Source: Daphnia carinata (taxonomy: Eukaryota). Taken from it: a stretch of 64,000 nt of DNA. Numbering within the stretch: the stretch's first letter is position 1; each line of letters opens with the position of its first letter. The notes under the pieces were generated by a model, which searched no databases, was not told the origin of the DNA, and worked only from the letters and a program-made list of their open reading frames with translations. The DNA lies in contig NC_081333.1 of assembly GCF_022539665.2 (NCBI RefSeq), forward strand, positions 6,448,001 through 6,512,000, in the 5' to 3' direction. Made by a program: the position numbers and the translations under genes. Below, one piece after another: positions 49,488 to 64,000 of the stretch.

Positions 49488-52400
49488 CTAGAGCCGTGTT
49501 TCACGAGGTGGACGAACCGGTAGTCCTTGCGCCTGAGCTTTTTTCTCCGACGCTTGTAGAATGCTGGCCCTTTTGTAGTAGGTTGGTCCGTAATCTTTGT
49601 CATCGACGTCAGCATAGACTAGATCGGACAGGATCGGTTTGAACGGCTGCATAATATTAGAAAAAATTCAAATGTCAACACATTTTAGTTTTGATACTTT
49701 ACATCTGGCAAACAATTGGCTCTTTAATTTACACAATTTCAAATCTTTGCACAGTCCGGATGGAATCAAGAAATGAAGAAACGCAGTTACAGCACGGTAC
49801 CTCACATCTTGTTTAAACCTGGACTTCTTGGCCTCCATTCATAAACTGCAATACTGCGTATTCCGTTGGAGATATTTCATTCTGGTGGGGTTTCAGTTCG
49901 GCAGTACAAGAAATAGATAAGTCAGCGTAAACAGTGCTGCCGGCTTGCTTGCAGGATGCGTGGTTAGTGTTAACGGGAAAACGGGATGATGGAGCATGAT
50001 GTGACTGAGCTTGCTGTTTAGGAGGATCGTATGACGAGGTATGAACGGGAGCCAGCGGCCGAGGTGTCCAGGCTCGTTGTTGCAGCTGTGGATCAATCAT
50101 GCTTGTGCTCTTGGTTGAGCTCATCAACGGGTTCATCTATGACGTCACATTGTTATCAAACACACAGCACAAAAAAAAAAGTATTAAAAACTTGGCATGC
50201 AATTTTTACGCCGGATTTCAATTAATCTGAAAAGCATAACACAGTGCAAAAGGGCAAGGGGAAAAACTATTCTAGTGCAAGCTGCCATGGCCGTCCCGTT
50301 GGGAGCGGTAGAAATGTTTCAAATACTGGTGACATATCGATCCACTCACGTTTAAAAAAGACTACTGCATCGGCAAAATAAATGACACCTGGCTCCAGCT
50401 GAATCCGCACATGATGCATGTATGAGACCGTTGACAAGTGTCAGACGAAAGACGTATCATTTAACATGCCCATAACCAGGAGAGAAACAACCAAAAACAA
50501 CAAAAAATAATTATTTTACCTGCATGAACTGGTCAGATTTATCATGGTGTTCTTGATTTTGTATCTGCACATTCTTCAACGGAGTCGGAATGTTCTGGTA
50601 GGGGTGGCGTTTAAGCGTGTGAAAGCGGGGCGCAGGCACGGGAATGGATAGTTGCTGTTCGTGCTCCGGTTGCCAGTTTTGTTCGTGAGTCACACCGGTT
50701 TTGAGTGGTACGGAAACAATTCCCGCAGGCTTGGGTTTTTGGCATGCAAAACCAGCTGAGTCATATCCAGCAGGCGTAGGTGGTGGACCGGCACGTGGCA
50801 CCCGGAGAGAGCGAAAACGGGAGCTAACATCAGCTACTTTAGGTTTACGAAGCGAGTTTAGATGACAGTTACGACTACGGCCCTGCTGGTCAGAGACGGT
50901 AGTCGTTTGGTTGTCTTTGGAGTTAATGGCTTCGGAAATGGTTCGATTAGTGCTCCGTGCCGATCCGTAACCAGAAGAAGGAGTATGACTCATTTGACTG
51001 GAAGGGCGACTGACAAACTCCTGGACGGGTTGCCATAATGACCCAAACAATGCACAAACAGAAAAAGAGACATCCGGTAAAATCAAGCATTCATGCAAAA
51101 CGATGAACAACAACGTGCATCCAACATCGTCGGTGCCAATGCAACCATGCTCCATGAGAAAACAAAGACAACAAACGTTTGAAATTGATCGCTTCGAACT
51201 TCACTTACAGTCTGAGCCTCTTTAATAATCATGCAAGTCATGGATAGGAAGATAATTACAAAAATGTAATTCACGCATCTACCTTATTTGGGGCGGTTTG
51301 AAGCCCGTGGAAGGGAAGATTCTCGTAGAAAGCTTTACTATTTTCTGGGAGATTGTCATTGCCGTTTTTGGTGGAGGGTCCCGTTGCCGCTACAGCTGAA
51401 AATAAAAATCCATTTAATATAATCATAGATGATAGCAAAAGTAGCGGGTGTGTATGACATTTCAATTGAAATGGTTTGGTAAATAAAAAGACCCGTGGCG
51501 ATATTTTGTATCGAGTGCATAAATATCAAGATGCAAATAAAACGTGCACACAAATATGCAGTATGCCGCCAAAATGATACCGAAATAAAGACTAGCATCC
51601 GGAGGCAAATACGAAACCTATCGTGTTGTCATGCTTTCGTACGAGAATTCTATGAAACATACCTGTAGTGGATGTAGATAGTGAATTGGCTTCTGGTTTT
51701 TTCCTCTTTCTAGTAGAAGTGCCGCTCTCTGACTTGGAAGCTGCATGGAGAGCGGACCAAGATAGCAGGTGCAAACCCAAAGCAACAGGGAAAGGATGTG
51801 CGGCGCAACAAATACAGGATAAAACAAAAACGGACGCCAGGATTAGGAATAAGCCAGGCCAAACAGTAAGGACACAGGATAAAAAAATGCAGTGTCAAGG
51901 CAATGTCAATCTTTTTTTTTTCTTTATTACGAGATGTAACCAGAGGACGTTGACATAAGCGAAGGAGTTAGCCTACCTGCTGGATTCTCCCGACACCCTT
52001 CAGTGTCGCTTAGGTGATTAGATGTGACGGGGATTAGAGTTTTAGGACGACAAGGTCCTTTAATACAGATAACAGAACGAGTACTCTCACTGCCGGAATC
52101 CGTTGCTTGGGACTCGCCTCCTGAATCGCGGTTTCCACTCAATGGTGGTTTTTGATCCCGCAACGTCTCGTAATACGGAATGTTCGGCTCTACTGCTTGG
52201 CGGTCAACTGCTTTGTCTGCACCAAATTGGTCTGCTTGCGAACCAGAGGAATCGGAACGGGGTCGCTTCGAATTGGAACTTAGCGCTTCGTCTTGTGTTT
52301 GGTCAACAGGCGAAAGAAGGACAGAGCCGGAAGCAGCCAATGTAAGGCTGTTCGTGTCGTTGACGTGGACCTGGACACCGGGTCGTAGTGGCCATTTATG

Positions 52401-55400
52401 TTGGTGAACTTGTTGGATTGCTGTTCCCGATTGCAGAGTCATAAGTGATCCTCCCTCCGGACTGGTTGTTCGGTTGTTCCATTTCGTTTTATATAATGAT
52501 TTTTTTTTATTTTTTTTTATTTTTGTTTGTGATTTGGTGTTGTTTAGGTGCAGGTTTCATGCAGGTTCATAAGATGAGCATCAGCGAGGAAAGGTGGTGA
52601 ATCCATGCGAAAATATATGAGAAAAAAAGAAACAAATGGGAGAAATAAACAAAAGGCTATATAACTTCGTGCATTTAGGATAGTGAGGTAATAATAATTA
52701 AGGATGGCAAAGGAAAAGTTGGCTCTAAAGGTCTGAAGAGTAAAATTAATGAAAACGAAAAAGGGTCATCAACATCAGAGAGGCAACCTTGATCTCGGAA
52801 CAAGGTGGCAAAGCGCATAGTGGCAGAATTTAAAGGTAAACATAAAGTCATGACGAATTTTGCGTTATTCAGCTAAGAAATAATTTGTATCACAACTGTA
52901 AACATAGTGGAAAGAAAAAAAATAAAAGGCAGCTCTCTTCATGACGAATGGAATTCAAACAATCGTATCTATTACTCTTTTTCTTTAACGTAATCTTTTT
53001 ATAGTAGTTCTAGAATTTTTCAAACATTATCATTGCTACCATGTTATGCAAGAAACGCCAAGAAAACGCGAAACAAGTCCCTGCGCGAAGAAGGAATTCA
53101 AGTGAAAGAAGAAGTGGAAAATGTTAATGCGACTGATAAATAGAAACAAGAATAGTGAATAGTTCTCTTCGTGTGCGGTACGGAGTTAAAGTTGCTAAAT
53201 CCTAAAATGCAAAAGTCCGCCTCCATCGGTGAACCAATTCGATCATAAGAGGCACGTAACTATAACTGAAGAACTTATTCTTAGACGAGCAGGGCTATTG
53301 CCTGCTAGGAGGGGATGAACTAAATCGCTTTACTAGTAGGGGGAAAAGAAAAGAAAAGTAACACGCTGCATTCGTTTCGCTTTTTCTAAAACTTCAACGT
53401 TTTCGAATTTTTCTTTGTAGTATTAAATTTTCATTGAAAAAGTTGCTGTTGATACGTAGATTGTTCACGGTCCCGGCTGGGCGTACACATTGATTACAAA
53501 ACGGGCAGAGCGGCTGGAAATACAAAGAGACAGGGTGCCAATACATTAATAATGTCAAAACATGAATTTTAGAAACAGAACTGAGTTATATCTTCAATCT
53601 TATTTATCTTAATAGTCTATCGTTCGTGACTAAAGTGTTCACTAACTGAGCTGCATTTGCATCTATCACGCAAATCAGTATTCGACGTTGAATTTCAGAA
53701 AGGATATTGAGAAAAAAAAACTGGAAACGAAACGAGGTCATGAAAGACAATGCTCCGCAGCTTTGCAACATTCACGATTAGGAAATGAATAGTTTTCTTT
53801 CGCAATGCTAATGGTTTTTATCCTTTTCTTTCAATCAATTTTGCAATTTCTTCGAAACTTTTGTATGATATTTGACTGATTCTGAATTTTGAAAACGCTG
53901 CAAAATCCTCAATAAAATTGGAAAGGCGTTTTTGTGTCGGCGAAAGTGGATGATAGACTGCATTGGAATGAAAGCAATAAATAGGAAAAGCGAATAGCCT
54001 CGTCATAGTCGTACATAGACAGGGTATGACAAAAGGCGTAAAAAGTTAAGAAAAAAAAGTGATAACTTACTTTTCACGTTGTTCCATGGTAGCGGCAGGG
54101 TTATCTGAACAATGATAAGTGTGCGATGTTCGTGAAATTTGGGACATTTGGGTATTGTTTGTTTAATATGGGGTGGAAATGCAACAAAAACAAAAAACAA
54201 AAAAAAAAAGAAAATACAAAAACTGTTAGTGACAAATCGACGCAAGCAAACGAATCGACAAAAAGCTGGCAATGCATTCCGAACGTAAATCAAAACACAA
54301 ATACCAAAACGCGTTGATCTATTACATAGCGAACACTGGTTTATAGTTCCGTATTTTGTCTTTACGATTACGTTCAGATTATGTCATCCGAAATTACTGA
54401 CATTGATAAGTACCCCTCCCCACATCGATCTTTGCGATACCCATTGTCTTTTGAAATGCCAATTACTTACCATGACCGATAGTCAAACTACTCACGAAAG
54501 TAAACTAAAACAAGTTAAAAGACGGACTTACATTTATCTTCGGTTCGCTTCCTCCGGCAAATGACGAGTAACACAATACAGACGACGAGGATGACGACGA
54601 TGGCCGCTGCGATGACGGCGATGATGATTATGTTTTCGTCGCCCAGCTTCGCCAGCAATCCACCTGTATTGAGGAAAAAAACGTTTGTACATAACTAATG
54701 GAGACGTACTTTAAATCTTTATCGAGAATGGTACGACAAATCCATTACACGGATTCTTCCGGCAAACCCGCAATGGCTTTCTAATGGTCTGACAAGACAT
54801 GTCATTCATTGTTAAGACAAATAGTTTCGTATCACTTTCCTAGCTTGGAACTTCACGAATCCCTCGTGTAACCTTGTTCAAACGCAGGCATGTAGCCTAT
54901 ACTTGAACTGGCACCTATGGTCTTAACAAACGCGACAAAAAAATTGCAACAAAACAAACGTTACCTTCAACGCTAATTTCGCAAGGGGTCCCGAATCCGA
55001 CGGAGTTGTTGGCATGGCAATAGTAAATTCCGTTGGTGGGAGCCGGTCCGTCAATTGTCAGAACACTTTGCAAACCCATGTGCACAATGTCAGTAGTCAA
55101 CGTGGCATTGTTCAGCATCCACATGAAATCGACCAGCTTAGGATTGGCTTGGACTTCACAAATTAACCGCGTTTTTCCTTCCATCTCACGCAGTGTGATG
55201 GAACATTCTGGTTTAACTGTAAGCAGCACAAAGTACCCAAACGTTAACTCGATACTTATTGGAGGACGGATGTTTTGATCAATTATTTTATATACACTAG
55301 ATTAATGTCATGTGGATATCCGAAATTAAATGCACGTAAAACTTACAAACGACATTGATGAAGGCTTTGGCGCTGCTGTTGCCGTGCTGATTGTGGGCCA

Positions 55401-58400
55401 CGCACGAGTACTCGCCCGTCTTATCGCGGCTCAGACCGTAATCGAGTGTCAGACGAGGTCCATTGCCGATGATCTGGTGGTTGTACTGCCAATAGTAATT
55501 GGCCAGCGGATAGGCCGACGCTGAACACTCCAACTGGCCGACGATCGAACCTTCCTCCACTTCGATCGAAGGGTTATCAATAATCGCCGCGGTGGGTGCA
55601 TCTGTGATAATAATTGAACAACTCAAACCGATAAACCTTGTGAAATTGCCATTGTTTTGCTTACATTCAACGGTAAATAGGGTGGTGCTGGAGACGCCAT
55701 CGCCTACCACGTTGTCTGTTGACGTGCACGTATAATTCGCCGTGTCGGCTATCGGGTCTAATTTTGCCTGACTCCACATCCGCATGTTGAAAGATAAACT
55801 CGATTTCACCGACTGGTGTTGGTTAAACTGGTAACAAACAAAAAAAAAAGGAATATTTGTTAAACTGTTGGTTGACTTGGCGAAAACGGAACAAGTTAAT
55901 GCACAACAAACACAGTTTTGTAGAAAAATTTTTTTTCACACGTATGCATTTGCTTGTGGTCCAACCAGTGCAAAACATTTTATAGTTCGCTAAGGTTGTC
56001 GTTTCAATTAACACGGCAAAAAATAAATCGCATGACGAACAGGATCAGGTCAGCATGTTACCATAAACAAGTAAACCGTTATTATGCTCAATTATTAAAC
56101 ATTATACTATTTTTATCTCTATGCTGTAACGTTTTCTTTGATAATAATGACACAGGAATTAGCATAACTACTTATTATACCTTTCATGCCTAACATTACA
56201 CAGCGGATACACACACATGTATATTACCTTGATGTTTTCTGGCACGAAGCTATCGACGACCGTGTACATGGGTGATTCTCGGATGGGTACTCCATTACGG
56301 AACCAATCGATTTGGCAGAGTGGATAACACTCAACACGGCAGGATAATTTGGCCGAGTCGGCAGAGTCTGAGAGAGCACCGGAAGTTGGTGGCAGGCGTT
56401 CAATGAACGTCGGTGCAGCTGATATACAAAGATTAAAACAAAGTTAATAAAGTAAAACGTGAAACTATGAGATACAATACTCACCATAGACCTCAACTTC
56501 AATAGTAGCCGTTTCTCCTTCACCTGCCTCATTGACTGGCGTGCATGAGTAGTTAGCTTGATAGTTAAGGGTCACTTGGCTCACATTCCATTGGGCGTCA
56601 CTAATCTCTGGAATGACGTGGCCATTGCGTGTCCATCGGTATTGTGTAACAGCAGGCTGGCCGACATCCGAAACCCCACAAGTCAAAGTCATAGGACCAT
56701 CTTTTACTACCACCTCCGGCTCGTAGGTCAGTGTGGTATTGCCCGGTGGGTCTGTAAAAATTAAATAAAAAGTTTTCAAAAAAATTTTAATTCTGTAACA
56801 CGATTGGATGTTTTTTTTGTTTTCCACCGACAAATTTTGTAGGTCGTCAATCAAAACGGTGGTTGTAATCTGTTATATTTTTGCTTACAGTAAATGACAA
56901 GAGTTTCGACTTCGGAAGGTGGTCCCCATCCGGCGGCGTTCATGCCTTCGCAAGAGTAATTCCCTTGGAATGAGCGACCAACATATTCGAGAAGTAATTT
57001 GCTCGGGTCTACGTCACACAAATCTTCGTCGTACATCGAAAATGAGGTAATGGTTTCATTGAGCGGACAATCAGGCAACTCTTTGAGGAGCTCGCCATCT
57101 AGATACCAGCGGACTCCTAACAGCACGGGTGGGTAACCACTGCTCACCTGGTTAATGAAATTCAATTAGTTATTATTCCAATATTTCAATTGCATGTTTG
57201 ACGAAATACCAGAACTAATAAAGACGAAAACTCAATTCACACATTATTGCAATGGTAAAGAATCGCCAAGCTATAAATTAACAAATTACCTGGCAGTTGA
57301 GAGTGATATTGGGACGTTCCAGTTCGTTGACTGGCAGCTCAGGTTCCATGACCAAACGCACTTCCGCTGGATCTAAAATAAAATTCAAGATGCATGTTAA
57401 TAAGTTTTGTGGAAAAGTCTATCACAAAATAAGGGAATTTTGCAAATGCTTTTAGCTAAAAGGCAAGGCACAAATACTAAACGTCCATTAAAAGTCAAAA
57501 GCTAATAACTTGAGTAAGACGGTGTCAAATTATGATAACAATCGATTAAGTTTCCAAATAAAAATTTCACTGGATTACTTAAACAAATAGAATAAAACTG
57601 AATCTGCAATACTAAGACCGTTATAAATTAACTGCGTAACAGTAAATAGAATAGCAAACGGATGCTTTTATGCCAGAATACGAGTAAGCTGCAATGAACT
57701 ATACAGTATGTACAGTATGTAACTTGATGTGCTTACACTGGACGGATATGAAGGCGACGTTTTCCGACTGGCCTGTGCCTATGGCGTTGGTAAGGCGACA
57801 TGTATAAGCTCCGGCATCGTCTCTCGTCGCTTTCTTGAGGAGGAGAGCCGGCTGGTCAACGGTGGCACCTTCGTACTTATGTGGGCCATCGATGATGATT
57901 TCCACATCGTCCTTAAACCACTGGACGGACGTCAAGGTGACCGGATTGGCATCGTAAGTGCAAAAAATGAGCACGTCCATTGTCTCGTTGACGGTGACGT
58001 TTTCGGGTGAAACGGCTACCGTAGGGGCATCTAAAAATGCAGAGTCCGTCACGCGAAGCACCAAATGTGCGAGAAGAAAAAAAAAAACATTCACGTGAGT
58101 GTTAAGATTACAAAAGATTAGTCGGAGTATTTTTACATTCGACTCTGAGGAGCTGTGACACCTGGACCGGTTTATGCTGCAAATCGTCAGTGACCGTGTT
58201 ACCGGCACGGCAGGTGATATAACGTCGATGGTCGTGTCGATTCAGCGTGAAAATGAGTCGGCTCCGCGTGCTGAAAGTGCCATCCGACTGTAATTGAGCA
58301 ATTGGCTGGAATTAATTTATTTTTCTTATCAAAGTGTTAGACGTGCTGTCCTGAAACACAGGCCAATTCCTTAAGCAGGCGGCAAGCAAAAATTTGGCAA

Positions 58401-61400
58401 CTATATTTTACATGAAAGCAGTCATCGTAAAACGTTAACGCTTTGAGAGTATCTAATAGAGTTCATTGTCACCTGAAACGCTAGTGATGGAACTGCTAAT
58501 CACATTACTAATTGGTTAGAAAAAAATAAAAATAGAAAACTCTAAGTTAACATGCCATCACTCCTTGTTCACTTTGTTCTCCCTCTAAAAGGGCATTCAT
58601 TATTACATACTTGCTCCTCGACTTCCGCTTCGTCTTCCGGCTGACGGTTATCGCCCAGACGAGATCAACCACATCAAACGCAGGAATCAAAATAAAGAAA
58701 TCAAAAGAGGGAAGCGTCAACTATAGAAACAATGGATGAGTGCCTTGCCGTTATTTTTAGCACGTTTGGCAACCCCCATAGTTAATGAAGCAGAATCTAT
58801 TTCACATTCTATTTTTCATGACACTTTTCACGAGTCTTGCTGCTATCCCCCTAGTCACGGCTCTGGCCCTTCCCTCCCACAAAATTTCTGACTTGCCTCG
58901 AAATATCCTTCTCCACCTTGTCAGTGTAACTATTTTCAAGGATTTGACTCGTTTTTAGGCAATCATGATATGGGGTATATTCTTGGAGCAAACTGCAAAG
59001 GATGTTGGATCTGACCTGTAGTTGCGTTGTCTCGACCGCGCTCTTCTGCAGTGGCGATGAATCGTTGTACCAGGTGATGGCAGCAGCTGGCCGTGCGCCA
59101 TCAGCCACGCAATAAACGACAACGGCAGTTCCTTCCGTAACCGCCGTATCCAGTCCGGTGAGTGTCACGTTAGTGGGTTTCACTGAATCACAAATCCAAT
59201 TATAAAAGTGTCATTATGTTCCTTCTAATTTGTTTACTCAAATTTTGAGGCTACGATTCCCCTTCACCAAAACTGCTATCATGCAGAAACTTATCCCATT
59301 GTCAGATGGTCAGGCAAAACAAATGAAAAAAACCAACAAAAAAAACATAACTAAATAATAAAGGCAAAGACAACTTACCATGTACATCGATGCGCAAATT
59401 GGCGACTAACGGTGAACTTAGGGCTGGGCTACGGACACGACACTGCCATTGTGCATCCAAGTCTTGACGTGATAATGCTACCTGAAGCCGATTGATACCA
59501 GTTACTGCGCCGTTGTCTTCCTGCGTGGCCACAACTTCATCTGCTACAAGCAAGAAAATTGTTAAGTATGCCAACTGCAGTGTTAACACCAATAACTATT
59601 ATATGGGGTCTATTTAAATGACTTTGAAGATAAAAGAGGAATACGTAACAGGCAAAACGTTGCAAGGACTAGAAAGACTCTACCTTCCATGACGTGCGAT
59701 CCGTTCCACCATTCAATGCGAGGGACGGGTCTGCCGCCTCCAGATCGACATAATAAGGTGACGATTGTACCTTCGTTGAACGGGCCGATCCGCGATACAT
59801 TTCTAATTGCTGCTGATGTTTTTCCGTCCTCCAGCAAAATCTCGACGTAATCGGGAGCAGCTGTGGTAAACATATTTTTACAACAAAATGTTACAACCAA
59901 AAATAACGTCCATAGCCTTGATAAACTTCACAATTTTTGTATGCTTCCAACGATATTCAAAGCCAATATCTGTTTAGTTTTCATTTAAATCGTCTCAAAT
60001 CTTCATTCTACATTTCAGCTTTCCTCTATGCATCCTGATACAGAAGTAAAACAGAATATAGAAAAATCAAGCAATATCCATCGCTTCGAAAAAGGACGAC
60101 CGCAAATACCACGTAACTCCTCCAGAGAACGATTTGTTATGTATGTTCCAAATATTTAATACACAAAGAAACGCAAACACTGGTGACAAAGTTTTGCCTT
60201 AGAATCCTTTGGGGAAGCGACTTCTCCCCGAAGTTATTTGACCGTTTTACGTCTATTCACCATTCGGACACTTCTCCCAGCCGGCCAAAGAATGACATGT
60301 TATCGACAGTCAAGGCATTTCACCTTTTACTCATAGTTGCTCTCCAGCATTTGCCTAAACGGAGTTTATTTCTGCAGTCAAGAGATTGTGCTTGACGCGC
60401 CGTGCCTGTTTTCCAATGTTTTTTTTTTTTTTTAATATAGATCTCTCACGAGGATAGTCGTAGAATCGATTGCTTCGCTATTTTAAATTCTGCGCGTTCT
60501 TCTTAGGGTTGTGATGCGTGGCTGAAAGCATATGAAAACGGGTGACAGCAAGACAGAACTGTATCTTGCTACCTTTAAGCCCGATGAGAAATATAACTAG
60601 CCTTAGGACACATTAAGCGAGGCGATATGACGAGCCTGCCTTTTCGATCGATTATTGATGAATCGCTGGAGGCTGGGGCTTTTCATAGGTACTCTGACAT
60701 TTTTCTACCATTCTTTTTCTTGGAAAACGATCGATGATGCTGATGCTGACTAATGCAGCTGCTTCGCTAGAAGAGGGCGATGCTAGAAGCACGGCGAACA
60801 ATATAGAATTTAAACAAATAGAAAACGTGCTAACTCCTAAAGAAGATAAGCGGAAACATATAGGAGATAATCGATAGATGGCGACGTCGGTATGAAGTTG
60901 AAACATAGGACCAAAATGGAATTTTAAAAATTCCAATTGGGTGGCTTTACACGACAAGACCTACAGCAGTACAGGTGCAGGACTATTAATACGTACCAAG
61001 AACAGTGAGGTTAACATATTGAACGACAGGGCAGCCTTCGTTGATCTCCAAATAGGTGATCTCGCATCGATAAAGACCTTCGTCGGCCAGTTGCAAGCTG
61101 CTAATCTTCAACCCGGCTTGGGTTTCATTCGACGACAAGACAAACCGAGCTCTTCAGACGCGTTAGAGGGCAAACCAGCAAAGATATTTAAGACAAAAGA
61201 ACAGAAACAAAGAATCAACATCAATAATCATCAGATGACAGGGAAGTATGGAGAATGACAACCTTGTTTCAGAACATAATGTATCAATTTTATAAATATG
61301 TATGTCGAAGAAATATAAACACGTTTGTGACGATATTCAAAACATTGATCACAAACACCGATCCGTCTCACCACAGGTAGTGGTGATTCCATACAGCGAT

Positions 61401-61917
61401 TCACCGCCACTAGTAGGATGGAGACGGCTGACAAAAAATAAACTGATGAATTACGCTCCCAACCACAGTGACTTCTTTCCATTGTTGAAGCGATCTGTGT
61501 ACGACGCATGTCAATAGTTACTTACCGCAACAGGAAAATCAAAGGTCTAGAAATTCTTTCTGGTGTATCATTCCTTTGAAGATCGTTCATGTTTGATAGA
61601 CAAACCACCGCTTAAGAGTCAAGAGCGCTCATACAGATAGTATTCATGCACGTATACGTGTAGAACCCGATATGCGTCGCCGGTTAAATTAGGAGAAGAA
61701 TAAAAATACCTGTTGGTCAACGATCCTTCCGACCGTTCCAGATTTGCCAGTTCACTGTAGACGAAGACGCGCTGCGATTCGCGGTACCATTTCACGCTGT
61801 GGAAATCCCCGCAGGTGGCCACGTCCACGCTGCACGGAACCGACACTTCCTGGCCGGCCAGACCAGATAGGTCTTCTAATACAGTCGGGGCGTTGCCTGC
61901 CAATGCTAGCTCTGCAC
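49488..61917 (-). CDS. Multi-exon Ig-superfamily cell-adhesion protein: 9 Ig domains, TM helix and cytoplasmic tail (faint sausage/teiresias-like); signal-peptide exon not found in window
   Basis: GT-AG exons, phase-consistent through the ectodomain: 61917-61710, 61151-60997, 59860-59684, 59540-59379, 59182-59016, 58287-58137, 58030-57737, 57372-57290, 57147-56889, 56751-56485, 56418-56228, 55827-55665, 55601-55347, 55216-54965, TM 54663-54532 (IIIIAVIAAAIVVILVVCIVLLVICRRKR). Tail exons 52461-51977, 51740-51663, 51395-51283, 51020-50520, 50136-49813, 49646-49488. Ig C..W..YxC patterns, no FN3. Junction after the TM exon is unresolved. Confidence 0.88.
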
Positions 61918-64000
61918 CTGCAATCAGTTCAAATAGAAAAGAAGATTAAATCGAGGTAAATTTATATTTGCGTTTGCTGAGGAACTTGTAAATGCTTTTA
62001 TATTTGGTCATTGTCATTCGAATTGCTTTTCACTTCCTTTTGAAACTTAGTTTATTCTCTAGCACACTTGGAGCTTCTTTGCATCAATAATTTTTCTAAT
62101 ACGATTTCCTGGAAAGAACAACCGCAAATTCCAAGCCGGTGGGAAAAAGTGAGATGTTGGTACATCTTGGGTAATAATATCTTTGCTAATATCTTTGTTT
62201 CTTAGCGTAAAAGCAGAGCACTGCGAACGTTTTCCGCAGACTCATCCATTTTGGAAGAAGGCTGAATTTCTGTAGAACGTGCTATTGCCTAAGGTTTGTT
62301 ATGATTTGCCTAGAAATTTTTATTCTACATTCGCTGCGGCCAATGTAACTTTACGGCACCCATTTGTTTGAAGACTCTTCGTTTGTCTTGTTTTAGCTTT
62401 ATGCAAATATGGAACTCTGGAATTCTTTTGAATAAAGAAAGTCAAGACTCTATTCCGACTATTCTATTTCCAAACAGACAAATTTGAACCCCGGTAACCT
62501 CATCACAAGTATAGTTCACGTAGGACGAAAATTTTTTTTTTTTTTTGTTTTACTCAACTATGGAACGAACCCCGACAGTTTGCCCGTATCAATTTTATAA
62601 AATCCCTATTTCACATTTCGTGGCTATTCAAAACACTATGTGAATCCAAAAATAAAGCACAATATCTTTCATCCAGGAATTTAACTGTTCGTGACATATG
62701 CCCTGATCAATTTTGGAAGTTATTGGTTTTGAAATCAAATCTATCGTACGAAAGCTTAAAGGAAACGCCATAGCCCGTTATTAGACTCGTTCTCGCCTCT
62801 CACAGGGCAGCAGCTGGATGCTATTTTCACTTCGAGACATTTGAATTGACGCCAAACTTTTTTTCTCCTGTCGAACTAGACTGTAGGCCCTCCTTCCATA
62901 CATCGTCTTTCTCCCCCGAAAATGGGGTGTATACGGGACGGTGAAACATTGGTATTTTGGTGGAGTGAGAACTTAGTCCATCATGTTTTTTATCGTTTTG
63001 TTTACAACATGTGTTGTTTTCTATGATTTTCTGTATTGTTACAATTAATTGTTAACCTTTCCCGTCTGCTGAATAACGTCATGCATATTTTTATACTGAT
63101 TTATGTTTGACAGATTTATTTTGCGTGAAAACAGAAGTGGCCATTGAATGACAAGATTCACGCCAGAGGTAGAGGGAGAAGCTTCGAGATTTGGTCTAGA
63201 AGCAGAGTTTTATGGCCATGTGAATCATCAGTCTCCCAAGTTAACCAGCAGCTGCTTCATGTTGTAGATCAAATGGTTTTGGTTGCTTGTGCATCCCTTA
63301 AAAATAGCGTGGGCCAACCCACCCCCAAGTTTGATTGACTAAAAATAAACTTAGAAACTTGTTCTGCATAGCTCCTGTTTCTCGAAAGACGTTGCCGTGC
63401 CGCGTGTGGTCGGGAGAGGCAATTCGCCAGTGGTACACCTCTGACGTCAAACGCCCCAATAAGCTTCCGCTTGTCACTGTGTCACGAATGGGTTGCGAAT
63501 TGATCAGTTCAGTGAAACTATGTTTGGCTAGTCTTTCAAGAGGATGGGGAACCCAAATTGGCTTAGATTGTTGTAAAAATAATTTTTTTTCCGGTGACAC
63601 CATATACTGTCCAGAGAGTATACCTTCTGACGCGATCGTTTGTATGTGTCCATAATAAAAAGTGAAGACCGCATGTCCAATTCGAAACACTTTTGAAAGT
63701 TCGCCAAATTTAGCGAACCGACGTAGCTAAAAATGTCTATACATATTCGATTTTTGCCGAATAGTTGACACCCAACAAGAAAATATTTCAATCCTCCAAA
63801 ACCAAACGTAAAAGAAAAAAGTAAATAAATATTTCAAAGTTCAAAATATTCACACAACGGTAATTCTCAACTCTGTACAACTATTGTATTTTGCAGCTGC
63901 TATGGCAGATATATCTGTGTATGGTAGATCATCGGGCTTTTTGGGAGATGATGTAACCTTTTTTCCTAGTGTTAAGGGAGGGAGCTGATTCTGTACAAAG

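Noticed and set aside
61526..61591. Phase-compatible alternative first exon (ATG...CG|gtaagt) of the Ig gene
   Set aside because: Would drop half of Ig1 and has no signal peptide; no supporting evidence
62000..64000. Short ORFs at 63144-63791
   Set aside because: No recognisable domains; probably intronic or upstream sequence of the Ig gene

Overview
Eukaryotic, intron-rich DNA. The host is probably an arthropod; the ~60-70 nt introns and the TE families are Daphnia-like, but that is inference. Bases 1-47.3 kb are an almost continuous, partly nested transposon cluster. It holds a decayed Penelope-like RT, a hAT element with an 8-bp TSD carrying a nested palindromic TIR element, MULE and pogo/Tigger relics, a tandem array of tRNA-like units, an env-like relic, and several BEL/Pao, Copia and Gypsy relics. 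It also holds two DUF4806-type transposon genes, solo LTRs, a full-length inactivated Mag-type Gypsy (104-bp LTRs) and a young, intact BEL/Pao element (307-bp LTRs, 2090-aa ORF). Bases 49.5-61.9 kb hold a minus-strand host gene for a 9-Ig-domain type I membrane protein (faint sausage/teiresias-like by recollection) with alternative C-termini. The most notable signals are: a regularly spaced array of CTCF-like motifs plus an accessory ORF in the 2.5-kb BEL leader; an array of Pol III/tRNA-like units; and a shared RSGR / YxLR tail motif across unrelated LTR elements. No database searches were run; family calls rest on motif recognition.
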